The notes under the pieces were generated by a model. It did not search any database. It was not told where the DNA came from and saw only the letters and a program-made list of their open reading frames with translations. A stretch of DNA of 64,000 nt, from positions 35,464,001 to 35,528,000 of the forward strand of contig OZ024740.1 in assembly GCA_964016885.1 (NCBI GenBank), written 5' to 3'. The position numbers and the translations under genes are program-made. This DNA is from Eledone cirrhosa (taxonomy: Eukaryota). Shown here one piece after another: positions 48,901 to 61,600 of the stretch. Each line of letters starts with the position of its first letter. The stretch's first letter is position 1.

Positions 48901-51900
48901 TGTAAGGTGTTGTGGTTTAACACGCAACAGTTAGATGTAAGGTGTTGTGGTTCAACAGGCGACAGTTAGATGTAAGGTGTTGTGGTTTAACAGGTGACAG
49001 TTAGATGTAAGGTGTTGAGGTTTAACAGGCGACAGTGAGATGTAAGGTGTTGTGGTTTAACAGACGACAGTGAGATGTAAGGTGTTGTGGTTTAACAGGT
49101 GACAGTTCGACGTAAGGTGTTGTGGTTTAACAAACGTCAGTTAGATGTAAGGTGTTGTGGTTCAACAGGCGACATTTAGATGTAAGGTGTTGTGGTTTAA
49201 CAGGTGACAGTTAGATGTAAGGTGTTGAGGTTTAACAGGCGACAATGAGATGTAAGGTGTTGTGGTTTAACAGACGACAGTGAGATGTAAGGTGTTGTGG
49301 TTTAACAGGTGACAGTTCGACGTAAGGTGTTGTGGTTTAACAAACGTCAGTTAGATGTAAGGTGTTGTGGTTCAACAGGCGACATTTAGATGTAAGGTGT
49401 TGTGGTTTAACAGGTGACAGTTAGATGTAAGGTGTTGTGGTTTAACAGGTGACATTTAGATGTAAGGTGTAGGGGTTTAACAGGCAACAGTTGGATGTAA
49501 GGTGTTGTGGTTTAACAGGTGACAGTTAGCCGTAAGATTTTGTGGTTTAACAGGCGACAGTTAGATGTAATGTCTTCTGGTTTAACAGGCAACAGTTAGA
49601 TGTAAGGTGTTGTGGTTTAACAGGTGACAGTTAGATGTAAGGTGTAGAGGTTTAACAGACGACAGTTAGATGTGAGGTGTTGTGGTTTAACAGGCAACAG
49701 TTAGATGGAAGGTGTTGTGGTTTAACAGGTGACAGTGAGATGTAAGGTATAGTGGTTTAACAGGCAACAGTTAGATGTAAGGTGTTGTGGTTTAACAGGT
49801 GACAGTTAGATGTAAGGTGTAGAGGTTTAACAGACGACAGTTAGATGTAAGGTGTTGTGGTTTAACAGACGACAGTGAGATGTAAGGTGTTGTGGTTTAA
49901 CAGGTGACAGTTAGATGTAAGATGTTGTGGTTTAACAGACGACAGTGAGATGTAAGGTGTTGTGGTTTAACAGGCGACAGTGAGATGTAAGGTGTTGTGG
50001 TTTAACAGGTGACAGTTCGACGTAAGGTGTTGTGGTTTAACAAACGTCAGTTAGATGTAAGGTGTTGTGGTTCAACAGGCGACATTTAGATGTAAGGTGT
50101 TGTGGTTTAACAGGTGACAGTTAGATGTAAGGTGTTGAGGTTTAACAGGCGACAATGAGATGTAAGGTGTTGTGGTTTAACAGACGACAGTGAGATGTAA
50201 GGTGTTGTGGTTTAACAGGCGACAGTTAGATGTAATGTGTTGTGGTTTAACAGACGACAGTGAGATGTAAGGTGTTGTGGTTTAACAGGTGACAGTTCGA
50301 CGTAAGGTGTTGTGGTTTAACAAACGTCAGTTAGATGTAAGGTGTTGTGGTTCAACAGGCGACATTTAGATGTAAGGTGTTGTGGTTTAACAGGTGACAG
50401 TTAGATGTAAGGTGTTGAGGTTTAACAGGCGACAGTGAGATGTAAGGTGTTGTGGTTTAACAGACGACAGTGAGATGTAAGGTATGTGGTTTAACAGGTG
50501 ACAGTTCGACGTAAGGTGTTGTGGTTTAACAAACGTCAGTTAGATGTAAGGTGTTGTGGTTCAACAGGCGACATTTAGATGTAAGGTGTTGTGGTTTAAC
50601 AGGTGACAGTTAGATGTAAGGTGTTGAGGTTTAACAGGCGACAATGAGATGTAAGGTGTTGTGGTTTAACAGACGACAGTGAGATGTAAGGTGTTGTGGT
50701 TTAACAGGTGACAGTTCGACGTAAGGTGTTGTGGTTTAACAAACGTCAGTTAGATGTAAGGTGTTGTGGTTCAACAGGCGACATTTAGATGTAAGGTGTT
50801 GTGGTTTAACAGGTGACAGTTAGATGTAAGGTGTTGTGGTTTAACAGGTGACATTTAGATGTAAGGTGTAGGGGTTTAACAGGCAACAGTTGGATGTAAG
50901 GTGTTGTGGTTTAACAGGTGACAGTTAGCCGTAAGATTTTGTGGTTTAACAGGCGACAGTTAGATGTAATGTCTTCTGGTTTAACAGGCAACAGTTAGAT
51001 GTAAGGTGTTGTGGTTTAACAGGTGACAGTTAGATGTAAGGTGTAGAGGTTTAACAGACGACAGTTAGATGTGAGGTGTTGTGGTTTAACAGACAACAGT
51101 TAGATGGAAGGTGTTGTGGTTTAACAGGTGACAGTGAGATGTAAGGTATAGTGGTTTAACAGGCAACAGTTAGATGTAAGGTGTTGTGGTTTAACAGGTG
51201 ACAGTTAGATGTAAGGTGTAGAGGTTTAACAGACGACAGTTAGATGTAAGGTGTTGTGGTTTAACAGACGACAGTGAGATGTAAGGTGTTGTGGTTTAAC
51301 AGGTGACAGTTAGATGTAAGATGTTGTGGTTTAACAGACGACAGTGAGATGTAAGGTGTTGTGGTTTAACAGGCGACAGTGAGATGTAAGGTGTTGTGGT
51401 TTAACAGGCGACAGTGAGATGTAAGGTGTTGTGGTTTAACAGGCGACAGTGAGATGTAAGGTGTAGTGGTTTAACAGGTGACAGTTAGATGTATGATGTT
51501 GTCGTTAAACAGGCGACAGTTAGATATAAGGTGTTGTGGTTCAACAGGCGACAGTTAGATGTAAGGTGTTGTGGTTTCATAGGTGATAGTTAGATGTAAG
51601 GTGTTGTGGTTTAAGAGGCGACAGTTAGATGTAAGGTGTTGTGGTTCAACAGGCGACAGTTAGATGTATGGTGTTGTGGTTTAACAGGTGACAGTTAGAT
51701 GTAAGGTGTTGTGGTTTAACAGGCGACAGTGAGATGTAAGGTGTAGTGGGTTAACGGGTGACAGTTAGATGTAAGGTGTTGTCGTTTAACAGGCAACAGT
51801 TAGATGGAAGGTGTTGTGGTTTAACAGGTGACAGTTAGATGTAAGGTATAGTGGTTTAACAGGCGACAGTGAGATGTAAGTTGTTGTGGTTCAACAGGCG

Positions 51901-52102
51901 ACAGTGAGATGTGAGGTGTTGTGGTTCAACAGGCGATAGTGAGATGTAAGGTGTTGTGGTTTAACAGGTGACAGTTAGATGTAAGGTGTTGTGGTTTAAC
52001 AGGCGACAGTGAGTTGTAAGGTGTAGAGGTTTAACAGACGACAATGAGATGTAAGGTGTTGTCGTTAAACAGGCGACAGTTAGATGGAAGGTGTTGTGGT
52101 TT
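39947..52102 (+). repeat. Higher-order tandem duplication, period 6055 bp (173 monomers)
   Basis: Insertion marker aggtgaacag at 42586 and 48641; deletion marker ggtatgtgg at 44426 and 50481; both offsets are 6055. Confidence 0.9.
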
Positions 52103-55100
52103 CACAGGTGACAGTTAGATGTAAGGTGTTGTGGTTTCACAGGTGACAGTTAGATGAAAGGTGTTGTGGTTTAACAGGCGACAGTTAGATGTAAGGTGTT
52201 GAGGTTTAACAGGTGACAGTTAGATGTAAGGTGTTGTGGTTTAACACGCAACAGTTAGATGTAAGGTGTTGTGGTTCAACAGGCGACAGTTAGATGTAAG
52301 GTGTTGTGGTTTAACACGCAACAGTTAGATGTAAGGTGTTGTGGTTTAACAGGCGACAGTGAGATGTAACGTGTTGTGGTTTAACAGGCGACGGTTAGAT
52401 GTAATGTGTTGTGGTTTAACAGACGACAGTGAGATGTAAGGTGTTGTGGTTTAACAGGTGACAGTTCGACGTAAGGTGTTGTGGTTTAACAAACGTCAGT
52501 TAGATGTAAGGTGTTGTGGTTCAACAGGCGACATTTAGATGTAAGGTGTTGTGGTTTAACAGGTGACAGTTAGATGTAAGGTGTTGAGGTTTAACAGGCG
52601 ACAGTGAGATGTAAGGTGTTGTGGTTTAACAGACGACAGTGAGATGTAAGGTGTTGTGGTTTAACAGGTGACAGTTCGACGTAAGGTGTTGTGGTTTAAC
52701 AAACGTCAGTTAGATGTAAGGTGTTGTGGTTCAACAGGCGACATTTAGATGTAAGGTGTTGTGGTTTAACAGGTGACAGTTAGATGTAAGGTGTTGAGGT
52801 TTAACAGGCGACAGTGAGATGTAAGGTGTTGTGGTTTAACAGACGACAGTGAGATGTAAGGTGTTGTGGTTTAACAGGTGACAGTTAGATGTAAGGTGTT
52901 GAGGTTTAAGAGGCGACAGTGAGATGTAAGGTGTTGTGGTTTAACAGACGACAGTGAGATGTAAGGTGTTGTGGTTTAACAGGTGACAGTTCGACGTAAG
53001 GTGTTGTGGTTTAACAAACGTCAGTTAGATGTAAGGTGTTGTGGTTCAACAGGCGACATTTAGATGTAAGGTGTTGTGGTTTAACAGGTGACAGTTAGAT
53101 GTAAGGTGTTGTGGTTTAACAGGTGTCATTTAGATGTAAGGTATAGGGGTTTAACAGGCAACAGTTGGATGTAAGGTGTTGTGGTTCAACAGGTGACAGT
53201 TAGCCGTAAGATGTTGTGGTTTAACAGGCGACAGTTAGATGTAATGTCTTCTGGTTTAACAGGCAACAGTTAGATGTAAGGTGTTGTGGTTTAACAGGTG
53301 ACAGTTAGATGTAAGGTGTAGAGGTTTAACAGACGACAGTTAGATGTGAGGTGTTGTGGTTTAACAGGTGACAGTTAGATGTAAGGTGTGGTGGTTTAAC
53401 AGGCGACAGTTAGATGTAAGGTGTTGTGGTTTAACAGGTGACAGTTAGATGTAAGATGTTGTGGTTTAACAGGTGACAGTTGTATGAAAGTTGTTGTGGT
53501 TCAACAGACGAGAGTTAAATGTAAGGTGTTGTGGTTTAACAGACGACAGTTAGATGTAATGTGTTGTTTAACAGACGTTAGTTAGATGTAAGGTGTAGTG
53601 GTTTAACAGGTGACAGTTAGATGTAAGGTGTTGTCGTTTAACAGGCGACAATGAGATGTAAGTTGTTGTGGTTTAACAGGCGACAGTGAGATGTAAGGTG
53701 TTGTGGTTTAACAGGCGACAGTGAGATGTAAGGTGTAGTGTTTTAACAGGTGACAGTTAGATGTATGGTGTTGTCGTTAAAGAGGCGACAGTTAGATGTA
53801 AGGTGTTGTGGTTTAACAGACGTCAGTTAGATGTAAGGTGTTGTGGTTCAACAGACGAGAGTTAAATGTAAGGTGTTGTGGTTTAACAGACGACAGTTAG
53901 ATGTAGAGTGTTGTCGTTTAACAGGCGACAGTTAGATTGAAGGTGTTGTGGTTTAACCGGTGACAGATAGATGTAAGCTATAGTGGTTTAACAGGCGACA
54001 GTTAGATGTAAGGTGTTGTGGTTTAACAGGCGACGGTTAGATGTAAGGTGTTGTGGTTTAACAGGTGACAGTTAGATGTAAGGTGTTGTGGTTTAACAGG
54101 CGACAGTGAGTTGTAAGGTGTTGTGGTTTAACAGGCGACAGTGAGATGTAAGGTGTAGTGGTTTAACAGGTGACAGTTAGATGTATGGTGTTGTCGTTAA
54201 ACAGGCGACAGTTAGATGGAAGGTGTTTTGGTTTCACAGGTGACAGTTAGATGAAAGGTGTTGTGGTTTCACAGGTGACAGTTAGATGAAAGGTGTTGTG
54301 GTTTAACAGGCGACAGTTAGATGTAAGTTGTTGTGGTTCAACAGGTGACAGTTAGATGTAAGGTGTTGAGGTTTAACAGGTGACAGTTAGATGTAAGTTG
54401 TTGTGGTTTAACAGGCAACAGTTAGATGTAAGGTGTTGTGGTTCAACAGGCGACAGTTAGATGTAAGGTGTTGAGGTTTAACAGGTGACAGTTATATGTA
54501 AGGTGTTGTGGTTTAACAGGCGACAGTGAGATGTAAGGTGTTGTGGTTTAACAGACGACAGTGAAATGTAAGGTGTTGTGGTTTAACAGGTGACAGTTCG
54601 ACGTAAGGTGTTGTGGTTTAACAAACGTCAGTTAGATGTAAGGTGTTGTGGTTCAACAGGCGACATTTAGATGTAAGATGTTGTGGTTTAACAGGTGACA
54701 GTTAGATGTAAGGTGTTGTGGTTTAACAGGTGACAGTTAGATGTAAGGTGTAGGGTTTAACAGGCAACAGTTGGATGTAAGGTGTTGTGGTTTAACAGCT
54801 AACAGTTAGATGTAAGATTTTGTGGTTTAACAGGCGACAGTTAGATGTAATGTCTTCTGGTTTAACAGGCAACAGTTAGATGTAAGGTGTTGTGATTAAA
54901 CAGGTGACAGTTTGATGTAAGGTGTAGAGGTTTAACAGACGACAGTTAGATGTGAGGTGTTGTGGTTTAACAGGTGACAGTTAGATGTAAGGTGTGGTGG
55001 TTTAACAGGCGACAGTGAGATGTAAGGTGTTGTGGTTTAACAGGCGACAGTGAGATGTAAGGTGTAGTGGTTTAACAGGTGACAGTTAGATGTATGATGT

Positions 55101-58100
55101 TGTCGTTAAACAGGCGACAGTTAGATATAAGGTGTTGTGGTTCAACAGGCGACAGTTAGATGTAAGGTGTTGTGGTTTCATAGGTGATAGTTAGATGTAA
55201 GGTGTTGTGGTTTAAGAGGCCACAGTTAGATGTAAGGTGTTGTGGTTCAACAGGCGACAGTTAGATGTATGGTGTTGTGGTTTAACAGGTGACAGTTAGA
55301 TGTAAGGTGTTGTGGTTTAACAGGCGACAGTGAGATGTAAGGTGTAGTGGGTTAACGGGTGACAGTTAGATGTAAGGTGTTGTCGTTTAACAGGCAACAG
55401 TTAGATGGAAGGTGTTGTGGTTTAACAGGTGACAGTTAGATGTAAGGTATAGTGGTTTAACAGGCGACAGTGAGATGTAAGTTGTTGTGGTTCAACAGGC
55501 GACAGTGAGATGTGAGGTGTTGTGGTTCAACAGGCGACAGTGAGATGTAAGGTGTTGTGGTTTAACAGGTGACAGTTAGATGTAAGGTGTTGTGGTTTAA
55601 CAGGCGACAGTGAGTTGTAAGGTGTAGAGGTTTAACAGACGACAATGAGATGTAAGGTGTTGTCGTTAAACAGGCGACAGTTAGATGGAAGGTGTTGTGG
55701 TTTCACAGGTGACAGTTAGATGTAAGGTGTTGTGGTTTCACAGGTGACAGTTAGATGAAAGGTGTTGTGGTTTAACAGGCGACAGTTAGATGTAAGGTGT
55801 TGAGGTTTAACAGGTGACAGTTAGATGTAAGGTGTTGTGGTTTAACACGCAACAGTTAGATGTAAGGTGTTGTGGTTCAACAGGCGACAGTTAGATGTAA
55901 GGTGTTGTGGTTTAACACGCAACAGTTAGATGTAAGGTGTTGTGGTTTAACAGGCGACAGTGAGATGTAAGGTGTTGTGGTTTAACAGGCGACGGTTAGA
56001 TGTAATGTGTTGTGGTTTAACAGACGACAGTGAGATGTAAGGTGTTGTGGTTTAACAGGTGACAGTTCGACGTAAGGTGTTGTGGTTTAACAAACGTCAG
56101 TTAGATGTAAGGTGTTGTGGTTCAACAGGCGACATTTAGATGTAAGGTGTTGTGGTTTAACAGGTGACAGTTAGTTGTAAGGTGTTGAGGTTTAACAGGC
56201 GACAGTGAGATGTAAGGTGTTGTGGTTTAACAGACGACAGTGAGATGTAAGGTGTTGTGGTTTAACAGGTGACAGTTCGACGTAAGGTGTTGTGGTTTAA
56301 CAAACGTCAGTTAGATGTAAGGTGTTGTGGTTCAACAGGCGACATTTAGATGTAAGGTGTTGTGGTTTAACAGGTGACAGTTAGATGTAAGGTGTTGAGG
56401 TTTAACAGGCGACAGTGAGATGTAAGGTGTTGTGGTTTAACAGACGACAGTGAGATGTAAGGTGTTGTGGTTTAACAGGTGACAGTTAGATGTAAGGTGT
56501 TGAGGTTTAAGAGGCGACAGTGAGATGTAAGGTGTTGTGGTTTAACAGACGACAGTGAGATGTAAGGTGTTGTGGTTTAACAGGTGACAGTTCGACGTAA
56601 GGTGTTGTGGTTTAACAAACGTCAGTTAGATGTAAGGTGTTGTGGTTCAACAGGCGACATTTAGATGTAAGGTGTTGTGGTTTAACAGGTGACAGTTAGA
56701 TGTAAGGTGTTGTGGTTTAACAGGTGTCATTTAGATGTAAGGTATAGGGGTTTAACAGGCAACAGTTGGATGTAAGGTGTTGTGGTTTAACAGGTGACAG
56801 TTAGCCGTAAGATGTTGTGGTTTAACAGGCGACAGTTAGATGTAATGTCTTCTGGTTTAACAGGCAACAGTTAGATGTAAGGTGTTGTGGTTTAACAGGT
56901 GACAGTTAGATGTAAGGTGTAGAGGTTTAACAGACGACAGTTAGATGTGAGGTGTTGTGGTTTAACAGGTGACAGTTAGATGTAAGGTGTGGTGGTTTAA
57001 CAGGCGACAGTTAGATGTAAGGTGTTGTGGTTTAACAGGTGACAGTTAGATGTAAGATGTTGTGGTTTAACAGGTGACAGTTGTATGAAAGTTGTTGTGG
57101 TTCAACAGACGAGAGTTAAATGTAAGGTGTTGTGGTTTAACAGACGACAGTTAGATGTAATGTGTTGTTTAACAGACGTTAGTTAGATGTAAGGTGTAGT
57201 GGTTTAACAGGTGACAGTTAGATGTAAGGTGTTGTCGTTTAACAGGCGACAATGAGATGTAAGTTGTTGTGGTTTAACAGGCGACAGTGAGATGTAAGGT
57301 GTTGTGGTTTAACAGGCGACAGTGAGATGTAAGGTGTAGTGTTTTAACAGGTGACAGTTAGATGTATGGTGTTGTCGTTAAAGAGGCGACAGTTAGATGT
57401 AGGGTGTTGTGGTTTAACAGACGTCAGTTAGATGTAAGGTGTTGTGGTTCAACAGACGAGAGTTAAATGTAAGGTGTTGTGGTTTAACAGACGACAGTTA
57501 GATGTAGAGTGTTGTCGTTTAACAGGCGACAGTTAGATTGAAGGTGTTGTGGTTTAACCGGTGACAGATAGATGTAAGCTATAGTGGTTTAACAGGCGAC
57601 AGTTAGATGTAAGGTGTTGTGGTTTAACAGGCGACGGTTAGATGTATGGTGTTGTGGTTTAACAGGTGACAGTTAGATGTAAGGTGTTGTGGTTTAACAG
57701 GCGACAGTGAGTTGTAAGGTGTTGTGGTTTAACAGGCGACAGTGAGATGTAAGGTGTAGTGGTTTAACAGGTGAGAGTTAGATGTATGGTGTTGTCGTTA
57801 AACAGGCGACAGTTAGATGGAAGGTGTTTTGGTTTCACAGGTGACAGTTAGATGAAAGGTGTTGTGGTTTCACAGGTGACAGTTAGATGAAAGGTGTTGT
57901 GGTTTAACAGGCGACAGTTAGATGTAAGTTGTTGTGGTTCAACAGGTAACAGTTAGATGTAAGGTGTTGAGGTTTAACAGGTGACAGTTAGATGTAAGGT
58001 GTTGTGGTTTAACAGGCGGCAGTTAGATGTAAGGTGTTGAGGTTTAACAGGTGACAGTTATATGTAAGGTGTTGTGGTTTAACAGGCGACAGTGAGATGT

Positions 58101-58600
58101 AAGGTGTTGTGGTTTAACAGACGACAGTGAAATGTAAGGTGTTGTGGTTTAACAGGTGACAGTTCGACGTAAGGTGTTGTGGTTTAACAAACGTCAGTAA
58201 GATGTAAGGTGTTGTGGTTCAACAGGCGACATTTAGATGTAAGATGTTGTGGTTTAACAGGTGACAGTTAGATGTAAGGTGTTGTGGTTTAACAGGTGAC
58301 AGTTAGATGTAAGGTGTAGGGTTTAACAGGCAACAGTTGGATGTAAGGTGTTGTGGTTTAACAGCTAACAGTTAGATGTAAGATTTTGTGGTTTAACAGG
58401 CGACAGTTAGATGTAATGTCTTCTGGTTTAACAGGCAACAGTTAGATGTAAGGTGTTGTGATTAAACAGGTGACAGTTTGATGTAAGGTGTAGAGGTTTA
58501 ACAGACGACAGTTAGATGTGAGGTGTTGTGGTTTAACAGGTGACAGTTAGATGTAAGGTGTGGTGGTTTAACAGGCGACAGTTAGATGTAAGGTGTTGTG
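51420..58600 (+). repeat. Higher-order tandem duplication, period about 3601 bp (103 monomers)
   Basis: Markers aggtgtcatt at 53121/56722 and gtagagtg at 53903/57504. The copies differ at several sites and by one monomer. Boundaries are approximate. Confidence 0.82.
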
Positions 58601-61600
58601 GTTTAACAGGTGACAGTTAGATGTAAGATGTTGTGGTTTAACAGGTGAAAGTTGTATGAAAGTTGTTGTGGTTCAACAGACGAGAGTTAAATGTAGGGTG
58701 TTGTGGATTAACGGACGGCAGTTAGATGTAATGTGTTGTTTAACAGACGTTAGTTAGATGTAAGGTGTAGTGGTTTAACAGGTGACAGTTAGATGTAAGG
58801 TGTTGTCGTTTAACAGGCGACAGTGAGATGTAAGTTGTTGTGGTTTAACAGGCGACAGTGAGATGTAAGGTGTTGTGGTTTAACAGGCGACAGTGAGATG
58901 TAAGTTGTAGTGGTTTAACAGGTGACAGTTAGATGTATGGTGTTGTCGTTAAACAGGCGACAGTTAGATGTAAGGTGTTGTGGTTTAACAGGCGACAGTG
59001 AGATGTATTGTGTTGTGATTTCACAGGTGACAGTTAGATGTAAGGTGTTGTGGTTTAACAGGCGACAGTTAGATGTAAGGTGTTGTGGTTTAACAGGCGA
59101 CAGTGAGATGTAAGGTGTTGTGGTTTAACAGGGCACAGTGAGATGTAAGGTGTAGTGGTTTAACAGGTGACAGTTAGATGTATGGTGTTGTCGTTAAACA
59201 GGCGACAGTTAGATGGAAGGTGTTGTGGTTTCACAGGTGACAGTTAGATGTAAGGTGTTGTGGTTTAACAGGCGACAGTTAGATGTAAGGTGTTGTGGTT
59301 CAACAGGCGACAGTTAGATGTAAGGTTTTGTGGTTTAACAGGTGACAGTTAGATGTAAGGTGTTGTGGTTTAACAGACGACAGTGAGATGTAAGGTGTTG
59401 TGGTTTAACAGGTGACAGTTAGATGTAAGATGTTGTGGTTTAACAGCCGACAGTGAGATGTAAGGTGTTGTGGTTTAACAGGCGACAGTGAGATGTAAGG
59501 TGTTGTGGTTTAACAGGCGACAGTGAGATGTAAGGTGTTGTGGTTTAACAGGCGACAGTGAGTTGTAAGGTGTTGTGGTTTAACAGGCGACAGTGAGATG
59601 TAAGGTGTAGTGGTTATACAGGTGACAGTTAGATGTATGGTGTTGTCGTTAAACAGGCGACAGATAGATGGAAGGTGTTGTGGTTTCACAGGTGACAGTT
59701 ATATGAAAGGTGTTGTGGTTTAACAGGCGACAGTTAGATGTAAGGTGTTGTGGTTCAACAGGTGACAGTTAGATGTAAGGTGTTGAGGTTTAAAAGGTGA
59801 CAGTTAGATGTAAGGTTTTGTGGTTTAACATGCAACAGTTAGATGTAAGGTGTTGTGGTTCAACAGGCGACAGTTAGATGAAAGGTGTTGTTGTTTAACA
59901 GGCGACAGTGAGATGTAAGGTGTAGTGGTTTAACAGGTGACAGTTAGATGTATGATGTTGTCGTTAAACAGGCGACAGTTAGATGTAAGGTGTTGTGGTT
60001 CAACAGGCGACAGTTAGATGTAAGGTGTTGTGGTTTCACAGGTGATAGTTAGATGTAAGGTGTTGTGGTTTAAGAGGCGACAGTTAGATGTAAGGTGTTG
60101 TGGTTCAACAGGCGACAGTTAGATGTATGGTGTTGTGGTTTAACAGGTGACAGTTAGATGTAAGGTGTTGTGGTTTAACAGGCGACAGTGAGATGTAAGG
60201 TGTAGTGGGTTAACGGGTGACAGTTAGATGGAAGGTGTTGTGGTTTAAGAGGCGACAGTTAGATGTAAGGTGTTGTGGTTCAACAGGTGACAGTTAGATG
60301 AAAGGTGTTGTGGTTTAACAGGCGACAGTTAGATGTAAGGTGTTGTGGTTCAACAGGTGACAGTTAGATGTAAGGTGTTGAGGTTTAACAGGTGACAGTT
60401 AGATGTAAGGTGTTGTGGTTTATCACGCAACAGTTAGATGTAAGGTGTTGTGGTTCAACAGGCGACAGTTAGATGTAAGGTGTTGAGGTTTAACGAGCGA
60501 CAGTGAGATGTAAGGTGTTGTGGTTTAAGAGGTGACAGTTAGATGTAAGATGTTGTGGTTTAACAGGTGACAGTTGTATGAAAGTTGTTGTGGTTCAACA
60601 GACGAGAGTTAAATGTAAGGTGTTGTGGTTTAACAGACGACAGTTAGATGTAATGTGTTGTTTAACAGACGTTAGTTAGATGTAAGGTGTAGTGGTTTAA
60701 CAGGCGACAGTGAGATGGAAGGTGTTGTGCTTTAACAGGCGACAGTGAGATGTAAGGTGTAGTGGTTTAACAGGTGACAGTTAGATGTATGGTGTTGTCG
60801 TTAAACAGGCGACAGTTAGATGTAAGGTATTGTGGTTTAACAGACGTCAGTTAGATGTAAGGTGTTGTGGTTCAACAGACGAGAGTTAAATGTAAGGTGT
60901 TGTGGTTTAACAGGTGACAGTTAGATGTAAGGTGTTGTCGTTTAACAGGCGACAGTGACATGTAAGTTGTTGTGGTTTAACAGGCGACAGTGAGATGTAA
61001 GGTGTAGTGGTTTAACAGGTGACAGTTAGATGTATGGTGTTGTCGTTAAACAGGCGACAGTTAGATGTAAGGTGTTGTGGTTCAACAGGCGACAGTTAGA
61101 TGTAAGGTGTTGTGGTTTAACAGGCGACATTGAGATGTATTGTGTTGTGATTTCACAGGTGACAGTTAGATGTAAGGTGTTGTGGTTTAACAGGCGACAG
61201 TGAGATGTAAGGTGTTTTGGTTTAACAGACGACAGTGAGATGTAAGGTGTTGTGGTTTAAAAGGTGACAGTTCGATGTAAGGTGTTGTGGTTTAACAGGT
61301 GACAGTTAGATGCAAGGTGTAGGAGTTTAACAAGCAACAGTTAGATGTAAGGTGTTGTGGTTTAACAGGTGACAGTTAGATGGAAGATTTTGTGGTTTAA
61401 CAGGCGACAGTTAGATGTAAGGTGTAGTGGTTTAACAGACGACAGTTAGATGTAAGGTGTAGTGGTTTAACAGACGACAGTTAGATGTAAGGTGTAGTGG
61501 TTTAACAGAAGACAGTTAGATGTAAGGTGTAGTGGTTCAACAGGCGACAGTTAGATGTAAGGTGTCCTGGTTTAACAGACGACAGTTAGATCTAAGTTTT

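Noticed and set aside
9871-59113. Short ORFs inside the satellite (RCKVLWFNRRQLDVRCCGLTGDS)
   Set aside because: The 35-bp period cycles through frames and usually hits stops; these are chance openings from point variants.
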